Source of the DNA: an uncultured Candidatus Saccharibacteria bacterium
Lineage (GTDB): Bacteria; Patescibacteriota; Minisyncoccia; Phycocordibacterales; UBA2100
Assembly (NCBI GenBank): GCA_964434285.1
Contig: CAYSUJ010000001.1
Coordinates: 168,703 to 232,702, forward strand
Length of the DNA stretch: 64,000 nucleotides
Reading direction: 5' to 3'
This document shows positions 55,907-64,000 of this stretch, one piece after another. The notes below the pieces were generated by a model. It was not told where the DNA came from. It was given only the letters and a program-made list of their open reading frames with translations, and did not search any database. The position numbers and the translations under genes are program-made. Positions within the stretch are counted from its first letter, which is position 1. Every line of letters begins with the position of its first letter.

Positions 55907-56686
55907 CTAGAACGAGCGCAGCTTGTCGCGATATATAAGCGATACGAGTGCGAAACTCAGAATGAGGAGCAAGAACCACGAACCAATTTTTGCAAAGGAA
56001 ACGAGGTGCCAGGCGTAAAGCTGGCTCGGATACAGCCAGATGTGGGTAAAGGTACCGACGTTTTCGGCGACCCAGACGAAAAATGCCGTGAGGAGTGCTG
56101 CCGCGAGAAACGGCATCGCACGCTCTTTCGTATACACCTGAAAATAGATGCGAGTATTCCAAAAAATGAAGAGAACATAACCAAAAAGAAAATAGCGGAT
56201 ATCAAGAACGTAATGGTGTGTGAAGAAATTCAAATATATCAGCACAGCCATCACCCAAAGGTGGTAGTAGGCCGGAAAACATTCGAAGCGCAACCGAAGA
56301 AAATGGAACGCACGAGAAATGTAACTCCCGACAGCAGAGTAAAGAAAGCCCGTAAAGAGCGGCACGGTTGCTATCGCGAAAAAGGTACCGGGAAGACCGG
56401 GATATACCCAAGACGCTATATCCGGATGTGTCTTGAAGAGTTCCATCAGAGTCGCGAGCACGTGAAAAATAAGAATGACGGCAAACTCCCGAAACTCTTC
56501 GAAACGAAAAAGAAGCGCACTCGCTTGAAATGCAACGGCAGCAAAAAAAATGACGTCGTACCGTGCGAGGCCAGGTACTGCAATAAGCTCCGTTACTAAA
56601 AACACTGCAAGAAGAAACGCTCCGAACTGGCTCGCCCGTGCGTTCGCGATCCCGAAGTGCCAGAGTTCTCTCATAATCTGTTGCAT
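55907..56686 (-). CDS. polytopic integral membrane protein of unknown function
   Basis: About 8 hydrophobic segments. Confidence 0.5.
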   Translation of the reverse strand: MQQIMRELWHFGIANARASQFGAFLLAVFLVTELIAVPGLARYDVIFFAAVAFQASALLFRFEEFREFAVILIFHVLATLMELFKTHPDIASWVYPGLPGTFFAIATVPLFTGFLYSAVGSYISRAFHFLRLRFECFPAYYHLWVMAVLIYLNFFTHHYVLDIRYFLFGYVLFIFWNTRIYFQVYTKERAMPFLAAALLTAFFVWVAENVGTFTHIWLYPSQLYAWHLVSFAKIGSWFLLLILSFALVSLIYRDKLRSF

Positions 56687-56709
56687 ACACTCAGTACTAA
56701 CGGTACACC

Positions 56710-57975
56710 CTACTTCTTCTCAGCACGAATATGTTTGTATGTCCGAAGCAGCTCGCGCGCGATGTTCTCACTCTTAAACTGCTCGGCGGTTTTCTCAGCT
56801 GCCTCAGCCATTCTTTCACGGAGCACGGGGTCAAATCGAAGCAGTCTAATCTTTTCGATCGCTGCTTTCTCGCTTCCAACCAAGAATCCATTCTCTCCGT
56901 CACGAATGATCTCAGGCGCAACACCAACCGGGAACGTAACCGGTATAAGACCCTGCGACATACCTTCGACTAAAGAGAGGGAAAAGCCTTCATAGCGCGA
57001 TGAGACGATGAGAATGCTCCCCCGAAGAGGCGCAAGTGCCCCGGGAATAAAATCTTTGCGCATATTTACGAACATGTGGTGTTTGGGGAACGAGACTTTC
57101 AACCACTCTTTAAGCTTACGGCTCGTCGTCATGCACACAGTGGTTTTGGGCATTTCGGGAAATGCCTTGTAGATATTCACCAATCGACTGAAGCCTTTTA
57201 ATTTCAGCGTATAGATGTCACCACCGAGGCGACCAAGAAAGACGAGGTGCGGCTCTGCTATAACCTCGGATGTACGACGTCCATGATTGAACCAATAATC
57301 TTCTATCGCGTTATGAATCACATGAATGTTTGCTTCAGGAACACCGGCTTCCATCAGTTCCTTCTTCACTTTCTTTGAGGTTGCGATGCAGGCGGAGGCC
57401 TTGAGGGCTGTCAGCTCTTCCACGTCGGCTACATCCTGAATGGGACGAAGTGTCTTGAAATCGAGTTCCGGTATAATTCCGAGTCGGAAAAGATGTTTGA
57501 ACACAGCTTTTTGAGCCTGAGGCAAATCCAGTGTCCAAGGTGTTGAATTTAGAAACCCGCGACTCGTCGAACCAAAGTGACACACCGTGGGCGTCTGAAA
57601 TGGTGTAAACGGAAGCGGCGTATAGGTTGTGCCCTGCACGATGTCTGCAGCAAGTACTTTGTCTTTATATTCGAGGAGAGAATAAAAGAAGAGGATGTTC
57701 GCGATGCCTTTCAAATGCGAAGGTGTTTCGAAGAGCTTTTGCTTCGGAAAAATGTGCTGTACGTCCACCCCTTCTTTGGAGAGCGCTTTCGAGATCAGAT
57801 CGTTTATCTGACTGGCTCCTGTTTGAAGCTTCTTTTCATTATGAATGAAGGCGACCCTGAATTTTCGGGGTGCTTTAAGGACTTCTGGTGCTTTCTCCCC
57901 CCGAAAAAGCCTTAAAAAGGTTCGCGTTGCTTGGTACGATCTCCGGCCGATTGAGCCTTTCTTTTTCTTTGCCAC
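56710..57975 (-). CDS. glycosyltransferase family 4 (GT-B fold)
   Basis: E-x7-E motif region VSSRYEGFSLSLVEGMSQGLIPV... Confidence 0.8.
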   Translation of the reverse strand: MAKKKKGSIGRRSYQATRTFLRLFRGEKAPEVLKAPRKFRVAFIHNEKKLQTGASQINDLISKALSKEGVDVQHIFPKQKLFETPSHLKGIANILFFYSLLEYKDKVLAADIVQGTTYTPLPFTPFQTPTVCHFGSTSRGFLNSTPWTLDLPQAQKAVFKHLFRLGIIPELDFKTLRPIQDVADVEELTALKASACIATSKKVKKELMEAGVPEANIHVIHNAIEDYWFNHGRRTSEVIAEPHLVFLGRLGGDIYTLKLKGFSRLVNIYKAFPEMPKTTVCMTTSRKLKEWLKVSFPKHHMFVNMRKDFIPGALAPLRGSILIVSSRYEGFSLSLVEGMSQGLIPVTFPVGVAPEIIRDGENGFLVGSEKAAIEKIRLLRFDPVLRERMAEAAEKTAEQFKSENIARELLRTYKHIRAEKK

Positions 57976-58057
57976 GTTCTCAACATAATACCACGTTTTT
58001 CATACTCTTTCCAGCGCATCACGCTGTTGCATCTTTTCGCTCTGGTATACTGAAATA

Positions 58058-58246
58058 ATGAACATTTTTTCGAACAGCACGTTCACATGGTGGCAGGTTG
58101 GTGTCTTTAAATTATCAACCGTTGGTTTTGGTGTTCTTGTCGGCGCATATTGGCACGAATTCTTTGGTCAGTACCTTTTCCCCATCCTCACCATCTCGCT
58201 TGTTGCAGGCATATATATTAGTTGGGTGTACTTTAAACAGCACTAA
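58058..58246 (+). CDS. small 2-TM membrane protein, 62 aa
   Basis: A TATACT -10-like element directly upstream; no Shine-Dalgarno, so possibly leaderless. Confidence 0.3.
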   Translation: MNIFSNSTFTWWQVGVFKLSTVGFGVLVGAYWHEFFGQYLFPILTISLVAGIYISWVYFKQH

Positions 58247-58668
58247 TGGCGAGGACCCGGTGGATTCCACGAGAATTTAAACTCCGCGTGCGCAAATCTG
58301 CCACCGGGCGCGGGCTTTTTGCTGAAGAACCAATTCCTAGAGGCGCATGCATTATTGAATACACTGGGCGCCCCGCAACGCTTGAAGAAATGACGCGCGA
58401 TGAAGGCAAATATCTCTTCTGGACGGGAAAGACGACGATGATAAACGGGAACATTTCCTCGAATCTAGCCCGGTATATCAATCATTCTTGTGCGCCGAAC
58501 TGTGAAGCCGACGGCCCCGAGGGGCGCATCTTTATCATCGCGCGCCGCGCTATTAAGGCGGGCGAAGAGCTCACCTATGACTATGGAAAGGAGTATTTTG
58601 ATAAGCACCTAAAACCGAAGGGGTGCAAGTGCACAGCGTGCGTGCGAAAGCGCGAAAAACGTGTATAA
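58246..58668 (+). CDS. SET-domain protein (putative lysine methyltransferase)
   Basis: GRGLFA, NHSCAPNC (the SET N-H-S-C pseudoknot motif), ELTYDYG, and a post-SET Cys cluster CKCTAC. Confidence 0.8.
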   Translation: MARTRWIPREFKLRVRKSATGRGLFAEEPIPRGACIIEYTGRPATLEEMTRDEGKYLFWTGKTTMINGNISSNLARYINHSCAPNCEADGPEGRIFIIARRAIKAGEELTYDYGKEYFDKHLKPKGCKCTACVRKREKRV

Positions 58669-58676
58669 TCGCCGCC

Positions 58677-58802
58677 ATGGGACAAGGAAGAATCTCGCCG
58701 ATCATGCGCAAGAAGTCGCGCTCGCGGAAGACGAAGAAGCGTCTTGCCACAAAAGCGACCATGCTCGCCGCGAAGAAAACAAAGCGCGCGAAGCGCCGAT
58801 AA
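58677..58802 (+). CDS. 41-aa lysine/arginine-rich ORF (MGQGRISPIMRKKSRSRKTKKRLATKATMLAAKKTKRAKRR), not in the ORF track
   Basis: Starts 9 nt after the SET stop; a strong terminator follows immediately. Confidence 0.35.
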   Translation: MGQGRISPIMRKKSRSRKTKKRLATKATMLAAKKTKRAKRR

Positions 58803-58819
58803 ATTTACCATCATCTCGT

Positions 58820-58851
58820 ACAAGGCTCCGCAAGGAGCCTTGTCGCTTTTA
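58820..58851 (+). terminator. ACAAGGCTCC-gcaa-GGAGCCTTGT followed by CGCTTTTATAAT
   Basis: Perfect 10-bp stem plus a T-run. Confidence 0.65.
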
Positions 58852-58868
58852 TAATGTTCCCTTCGCAC

Positions 58869-59117
58869 CTACGCGCGTAACATCCTCACAATCCAGATGA
58901 GAATCACGGCGCCAAGTGTTGCGACTACAAGGCTGTAGATGTCAAAACCAGTGACCCCTGCGCCGCCAAACGCGTTAAATGCCATGCCTCCGATAAACGC
59001 GCCAATAATGCCTACAATGACGTTGCCAACGATTCCTTGTGACGCATCGGTGTCCATCAACAATGACGCCAGCCACCCCGCAATGCCACCTAAGACTAAG
59101 AATGCAATAATTCCCAT
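58869..59117 (-). CDS. second GlsB/YeaQ/YmgE-family membrane protein
   Basis: LGGIAGWLASLLM...GIIGAFIGG. Confidence 0.75.
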   Translation of the reverse strand: MGIIAFLVLGGIAGWLASLLMDTDASQGIVGNVIVGIIGAFIGGMAFNAFGGAGVTGFDIYSLVVATLGAVILIWIVRMLRA

Positions 59118-59181
59118 ACGCGAAAAGTGTTACCAGTAATCCCTTTCATCGTACGCATTCGTTACTGAAGCGAGGATGAAG

Positions 59182-60369
59182 TTAGAGCGCCGCAAGACGA
59201 GCACGCGTGAGCGGACCAAAGTAACCAGCAGCTGGCGCAATCGCGTGCGCTCTTTGAAATGCGGCGAGCGCGGCCTTTGTGCGCGCACCAAAGTAATTTG
59301 ATTCATTGCCCGGCGAACCTGCGCCCGAAGATGCAACAGTGAATCCCTTCGTATTCAAAAATTTCTGAAGTTCGCGCACATCGGCGCCTTCCATGCCGAG
59401 TTCGAGATCACGCGAGAATCCATTTTCACTGGGGGTCGAAGCCGCCATGACACCTGACTGTCCGAATATAAGGGTATATGTTGCCTCATCAATAATGCCA
59501 CTCACGGAAAGCCCTGCGGCTGCCTGATATTCCATCAGAGCAGCGCGCGTGAGCGAGCCGTAATGGCCTGTCGCACCAGTGTTCGCGAGACGTGCGCCCG
59601 AACTTCCCTTCGGATTTGCAATGAGGAATTCTTGGAGTTCCCGCACATCTGCATTCGTCTCGCCGAAGACGAGATTCGCGCGGTACGCACGTGCGCTCTG
59701 CGGTTGCTCCGAGAGAGAAGTAGTTCCCGATGCAGTGGGAGTATGGGCACGCGGCAGCGCAATGCCTTTCGCCTCTGCATCAGCAATCGCCGTCTTGATT
59801 TCGTCTTCAGTAAACACGCTCGCGAGACGCGGATAGGGATCTGTCGCAGAGCCACCGGAGCGAATTTCGAGATGAAGGTGTGCAGGACCGCCGGACGCGT
59901 TGCCTGTATTCCCCACAAATCCGATAATCTCACCACGCGCAACACGATCGCCCGCCTCGATGCCGGACGCGATCGAGCTTAAATGCATATAGACGAAATT
60001 TTCTCCTCCCGGATTCGCGGTGCGTATATAGAGACCCGAATTCGTGCCGTTTCCGGTGCGGAGCACAATCGCCTCGGTGGGAGAAACAATCGGCGTTCCC
60101 TCTTTCGCCATGATGTCGAGCCCCTGATGCGTGCGCGTGCCGCCGCCACGCGCGTCGCCAAAATTTCTCGTGAGATTGCTGAGCTCAACGCCAAAGAGCA
60201 CCGGAATCGGAAGATTCTCGACGCGCGTCGTACTGAGATCGGCAACAAGTGAGGAGTAGCGGGATGAGTGTCCCCAATAGCGGCGGTCGTTTGGATCATC
60301 ATCTTCGAGCGCCTGTGCGGAGAGCACAAGTGGAAACAAGGCAAGCGCAACAACAATTCCTCTGCGCAT
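59182..60369 (-). CDS. M23-family metallopeptidase (LytM-like) with two C-terminal peptidoglycan-binding (PG_binding_1) domains
   Basis: HQGLDI...HLHLEIR zinc ligands; two L-x-x-F-L...G-x-F-G-x-x-T motifs. Confidence 0.8.
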   Translation of the reverse strand: MRRGIVVALALFPLVLSAQALEDDDPNDRRYWGHSSRYSSLVADLSTTRVENLPIPVLFGVELSNLTRNFGDARGGGTRTHQGLDIMAKEGTPIVSPTEAIVLRTGNGTNSGLYIRTANPGGENFVYMHLSSIASGIEAGDRVARGEIIGFVGNTGNASGGPAHLHLEIRSGGSATDPYPRLASVFTEDEIKTAIADAEAKGIALPRAHTPTASGTTSLSEQPQSARAYRANLVFGETNADVRELQEFLIANPKGSSGARLANTGATGHYGSLTRAALMEYQAAAGLSVSGIIDEATYTLIFGQSGVMAASTPSENGFSRDLELGMEGADVRELQKFLNTKGFTVASSGAGSPGNESNYFGARTKAALAAFQRAHAIAPAAGYFGPLTRARLAAL

Positions 60370-60453
60370 AGGTATGTAGTATAGACGGTGCGCGCGGTGA
60401 CTTCTTTCAAGACCTCATTGCCCTTTCATACAAGATGAGTCACACTTAATTGC

Positions 60454-61383
60454 ATGCAAAAAATAACTCCGTGCCTGTGGTTTGATGCAAACTGCGAAGA
60501 AGCGATGAATTTTTACGTCGCCCTTTTCCCAAATTCAAAAATTCATTCCATCAAGCGGTATCCTGTGGGAGTGCAGGAAGGCCCACTTTCGGGCATGGAT
60601 GGCAAGATCTTGACGGCAATTTTTGAACTCGATGGTTACACTTTTCAAGCACTTGATGGTGGACCGCACTTTACCAAGAACCCCTCGGTCTCGTTTTTCG
60701 TGAACTTTGATCCTTCGCGCGAGCCGCATCCGGAGGAACGTTTACGTGCGATGTGGGAGAAACTTTCTGATGGCGGCACGGTGCGTATGCCGCTTCAAGA
60801 ATACCCGTACTCCAAACTCTACGGCTGGATTGAGGATCGCTTTGGGCTCTCCTGGCAGCTCATGCTCACGAACCCCGAGGGCGAGCCGCGCCCTGCGATC
60901 GTCCCCTCACTTCTCTTCACGAAAGAAATGAGCGGAAAGGCACACGAGGCATTTCAGTTCTACGTCGACACTTTCAAGAACGGCGCACGTATGGGTACCG
61001 TCGCACACTATCAAGCCGGCTCGCCGCCGGGCCTCGAGGGCGGCGTCATGTTTGCGGAGGCACAGCTCGCCGGGCAGTGGTTTTCCGCGATGGACGGCGG
61101 CGGCGCGCACGAATTTTCTTTCAATGAGGGCATTTCTTTCGCTATCGAGACCGCGGATCAAGCAGAGACGGATTATTTCTGGGATGCGTTTACAAAAGAC
61201 GGCGGCGCGGAGAGTCAGTGTGGTTGGCTTAAGGACAAGTACGGCTTCTCCTGGCAAATCGTCCCCAAACGCTTGATGGAACTCATGAGCGATCCCGATC
61301 AAGAAAAAGCGAAGCGTGCTCTCTTGAAAATGCTTGAGATGCAGAAAATCGACATTGATGCGCTCGAGAAAGCTGCCGTGTGA
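60454..61383 (+). CDS. tandem VOC/glyoxalase-like (PhnB / 3-demethylubiquinone-9 3-methyltransferase-domain) protein
   Basis: ITPCLWFD...AMNFY N-terminal pattern repeated in the second half (QFYVDTF). Confidence 0.65.
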   Translation: MQKITPCLWFDANCEEAMNFYVALFPNSKIHSIKRYPVGVQEGPLSGMDGKILTAIFELDGYTFQALDGGPHFTKNPSVSFFVNFDPSREPHPEERLRAMWEKLSDGGTVRMPLQEYPYSKLYGWIEDRFGLSWQLMLTNPEGEPRPAIVPSLLFTKEMSGKAHEAFQFYVDTFKNGARMGTVAHYQAGSPPGLEGGVMFAEAQLAGQWFSAMDGGGAHEFSFNEGISFAIETADQAETDYFWDAFTKDGGAESQCGWLKDKYGFSWQIVPKRLMELMSDPDQEKAKRALLKMLEMQKIDIDALEKAAV

Positions 61384-61384
61384 T

Positions 61385-61819
61385 ATGGCTGAGTTGAAAA
61401 CGAAAAAAACGAGAGCGAGCGTAGCGGCATTCCTCGCGAAGATTGCTGATCCGAAACAGCGCGCCGATGCAAAGACCTTGCTTGCGCTCATGAAGAAAGC
61501 GACGGGTGAGAAACCGGCCCTCTGGGGCACCAGTATCATCGGCTTCGGCGAATACCACTACGAATCCGAGCGGAGCGCGCAGAAAGGCGATTGGCCGCTC
61601 ACCGCGTTCGCCCCGCGCAAAGGCAACCTCACGGTCTACATCATGCCGGGCTTTAAGGATTACGAAGCGCTTTTGAAAAAGCTCGGAAAACACAAACACA
61701 GTGTGTCGTGCCTTTACATCAAGCGCCTCGCTGACATTCATATGCCCACCCTCGCGGCACTTGTCACCAAAGGATACAAAGACATGAAAAAGCGCTATGC
61801 TAAGAACATTACGAAATAA
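61385..61819 (+). CDS. DUF1801 (YdhG-like) domain protein
   Basis: VAAFLAKIADPKQRADAKTLLALMKKATG...YIMPGF pattern; ATG at 61385. Confidence 0.55.
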   Translation: MAELKTKKTRASVAAFLAKIADPKQRADAKTLLALMKKATGEKPALWGTSIIGFGEYHYESERSAQKGDWPLTAFAPRKGNLTVYIMPGFKDYEALLKKLGKHKHSVSCLYIKRLADIHMPTLAALVTKGYKDMKKRYAKNITK

Positions 61820-61831
61820 CCGATACAAACT

Positions 61832-62215
61832 ATGAAAGGCTCATATGTGGATGGATTTGTGTTTCCGATTCCGAAGAACAAAGTCGCTGCTTACAAGAAA
61901 ATGGCGGAGTGGGGCATGCGCACGTGGATGAAGCATGGCGCGCTCGCGTATTACGAGTGTCAGGGCGACGATCTCGTGCCAAAGCCGATGGGCGACATGA
62001 AGCAGCGCTCCTTCAAAGAGCTCGCGAAAGCGGGACCGAACGACACTGTCTGGTTTTCGTTTATCGTCTTCAAAGACAAAAAACACCGCGACGCGGTGAA
62101 TAAGAAAGTCATGACTCAGATGGAGAAGGAATCAAAGAAATGGGAGGGCGTCCCTATGCCAATGGATCCAAACAAAATGGCGTACGGTGGATTTAAGGCG
62201 GTGGTGAAGAGGTAA
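61832..62215 (+). CDS. DUF1428 family protein
   Basis: MKGSYVDGFVFPIPKNKVAAYKKMAEWGMRTWMKHGALAYYEC. Confidence 0.6.
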   Translation: MKGSYVDGFVFPIPKNKVAAYKKMAEWGMRTWMKHGALAYYECQGDDLVPKPMGDMKQRSFKELAKAGPNDTVWFSFIVFKDKKHRDAVNKKVMTQMEKESKKWEGVPMPMDPNKMAYGGFKAVVKR

Positions 62216-62220
62216 CAGAA

Positions 62221-62250
62221 GGTGCCGGGAAAGACCGGCACCTCTTCGTT
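62221..62250. terminator. GGTGCCGG-gaaaga-CCGGCACC followed by TCTTCGTTC
   Basis: Perfect 8-bp stem between convergent genes. Confidence 0.5.
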
Positions 62251-62516
62251 CAAAGATCTGCATCGCACCTATCGGCAAGATCCCAGATCTTTAATTTCTC
62301 CTCTTCCGTGATGTTGCGGGGATTCAGATGTCCATCGAGAACAAGCCCGTGGATCTTGACGACGAACCAGCCCGAATTAAACATGAAGCCAGCTCTTCTG
62401 AGTGTCATAAATTCCATGACCCCATCGACAAACATCAGATACTGAGGAAACTCGATTTCAGTCTGCGACGCTGGTCGCGACCGCTCGTTGAGCCGATCAT
62501 CTGCTGCATTTCCCAT
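62250..62516 (-). CDS. hypothetical protein
   Basis: ORF only. Confidence 0.25.
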   Translation of the reverse strand: MGNAADDRLNERSRPASQTEIEFPQYLMFVDGVMEFMTLRRAGFMFNSGWFVVKIHGLVLDGHLNPRNITEEEKLKIWDLADRCDADL

Positions 62517-62581
62517 TACACATCTCCTATAAGTGGGTGAACTTCTGACACCCTACACGATGAAGGAATTGACGTCGAGGA

Positions 62582-63181
62582 TTACTTCGCCGCGAGGGTT
62601 TGTTCGACGCGCATCGCGAGTTCTGCCTGAGTTTCGGGGATGTCTTTAATTTCGATTTTGCCCACGACGCGTGCGGTGATACCTCCGCAGCTCGCGAGCG
62701 CTTTCGCTGCATTCACATTTTTAACACCGCCGTTCACATGCACGTTTACCATCGCATCCTCTGCAAAGAGAATGTCTACCCGCTCTGTGTGACGCGCGTT
62801 CATGGTGTCGGCGATCACGCGGTAGCCGACGAAATGTTCGACGAGTTCCCACCCACAGTATTGCCCGGTGAGATTGTCTGACGCTTCGAGCGCAATGACG
62901 GTGCCAAACGGAAGCGCACCACGCAAATCGCGCGATACAGCAGCCACCACTTCGGGGTTCGAGAAGGCACCGGAAGCGGTCGTGAAGGGGTCGCTGTCGG
63001 TTTGCTCGGGAACGGCGTTGTAGCCCGTCACCCGAACGGGTATGGTCTTCGCTGGTGCCGCCGCAAGGGCCGGCACGGGCTCGGGGAGCATTTCCTCGGG
63101 CGCTGGGCTGGTTAAGACCGGCGACGAGGCGACACTCGACCAAACAAAAAAGCCCGTTAGGGCTATCGATGCAAGATTCAT
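62582..63181 (-). CDS. 3D (MltA-like / YocH-like) domain-containing secreted protein
   Basis: Signal peptide; VRVTGYNAVPEQTDSDPFTTASG...FGTVIAL...YRVIADTMNAR..VDILF. Confidence 0.55.
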   Translation of the reverse strand: MNLASIALTGFFVWSSVASSPVLTSPAPEEMLPEPVPALAAAPAKTIPVRVTGYNAVPEQTDSDPFTTASGAFSNPEVVAAVSRDLRGALPFGTVIALEASDNLTGQYCGWELVEHFVGYRVIADTMNARHTERVDILFAEDAMVNVHVNGGVKNVNAAKALASCGGITARVVGKIEIKDIPETQAELAMRVEQTLAAK

Positions 63182-63428
63182 GTGTAAATAAGGAAAATAT
63201 CCTTATATAGAGCCAAATTTAGCATATTTTGACCCCGCTGTCAAGGAAATCAGATTGCTGAAATTGACGCCCTCATCCCCTTCACGGGTCGCCAAAGCGT
63301 CAGATATGGGAATGCCTAATAGACCACGGCAATCCCGATACGTCGAGTAAGTTTGCCACTCGTCGGCCCGTCTACTCCCAAAGGGCGTATAATTCCCTTG
63401 TTTATACACACTAACAGTATCATTACCT

Positions 63429-64000
63429 ATGCATTCACTTCGTATGAGTATCGGGGCAGCACTCGTGCTTGCTCTTATGTCGGCATCATTTGCCTTTGCC
63501 GATGATGACCGCGACAATTCGGGGAAAGGCAAGGGCAGAAATGATGACGACAAAAAGTCGTTCTCTCTTCCCTTCAACCTCTCCGCATTAGGAACGACCA
63601 CGGGCGCTCTTCAGGCTCAGATTCAGAGCTTGCAGGAGATGCTCAAAAATTTAAAGGCTCAGCGTGAAGCGCTCGATGATGATTCTGATGATTCCGACGA
63701 TGATTCAGACGATTCAAACAAAGCAGTGCGCGACGCGCTCAAGTCTGAAATCAAGCAGACGAAAAACGAGCTTAAATTCTTGCGCTCACTCTCGCGCGGC
63801 ATGAGAGGTGACGACGTGCGCGATCTCCAGGAACTTCTTGCGCAAGATCCTTCTATTCTTTCTTCCGACAATGTGACTGGTTTCTTTGGCCCTTTGACCG
63901 AAGAGGCACTTCGCAAGTTCCAGCGCAAGCACGGCATTGACGCGATTGGCGTTTTTGGTCCGAAAACACAGGCGAAGATTCTCGCACTTTACCTCGGCAA
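63429..64000 (+). CDS. secreted protein with an acidic DDSDDSDDD repeat and a peptidoglycan-binding (PG_binding_1) domain; the 3' end lies beyond the window
   Basis: Signal MHSLRMSIGAALVLALMSASFAFA; ...RGMRGDDVRDLQELLAQ...VTGFFGPLTEEALRKFQRKHGIDAIGVFGPKT. Not in the track because no stop falls inside the window. Confidence 0.6.
   Translation, partial: MHSLRMSIGAALVLALMSASFAFADDDRDNSGKGKGRNDDDKKSFSLPFNLSALGTTTGALQAQIQSLQEMLKNLKAQREALDDDSDDSDDDSDDSNKAVRDALKSEIKQTKNELKFLRSLSRGMRGDDVRDLQELLAQDPSILSSDNVTGFFGPLTEEALRKFQRKHGIDAIGVFGPKTQAKILALYLG

Noticed and set aside
1-64000. CRISPR arrays, rRNA genes, riboswitches
   Set aside because: No regularly spaced direct repeats with unique spacers, no rRNA-like conserved blocks, and no leader I could match to a known riboswitch consensus by eye.

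Overview
This 64-kb window looks like a small-genome bacterial chromosome, possibly Patescibacteria/CPR-like, but that affiliation is uncertain. TGA is used as a stop codon. A conserved, higher-GC (about 55-60%) core includes greA, the mreB-mreC-mreD-pbp2 rod-shape operon, proS, rseP, frr, a holB-like gene, a second mreB paralog, def-fmt, hpf, trhO, a GT4 glycosyltransferase, an M23 peptidase and general stress genes. Three tRNAs are present: Ala-GGC, Val-CAC and Asn-GUU. The core is interrupted by several accessory segments. An IS481-type transposase runs off the left edge. A low-GC islet carrying a PLP decarboxylase sits next to tRNA-Val. A roughly 20-kb low-GC island is integrated at tRNA-Asn and opens with a large serine recombinase. 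Its cargo is unusual: an SpoVG homolog, a eukaryotic-type Ser/Thr kinase fused to a roughly 400-aa unknown C-terminal domain that converges on a nuclease-fold gene, a tight operon of alpha/beta hydrolase, HAD, Nudix and Nudix genes divergent from a CYTH gene, and a small PD-(D/E)XK protein. It also holds a type I hsdR remnant cut by an IS3 element with an A6G frameshift site, a third Nudix gene paired with a sulfotransferase-like gene and a guanylate-kinase-like gene, and a csoR-copA copper module with an operator palindrome. The island ends near an IS200/IS605 element whose tnpA carries an in-frame TGA. Other notable points are a SET-domain methyltransferase co-transcribed with a 41-aa lysine/arginine-rich ORF, a 21-bp tandem repeat encoding an acidic heptad array, and a roughly 770-bp decayed, repeat-bearing noncoding stretch downstream of tRNA-Ala. 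No CRISPR array or rRNA was found. All calls come from reading the sequence and ORF translations by eye; domain assignments rest on recognised motifs and were not checked by any search.
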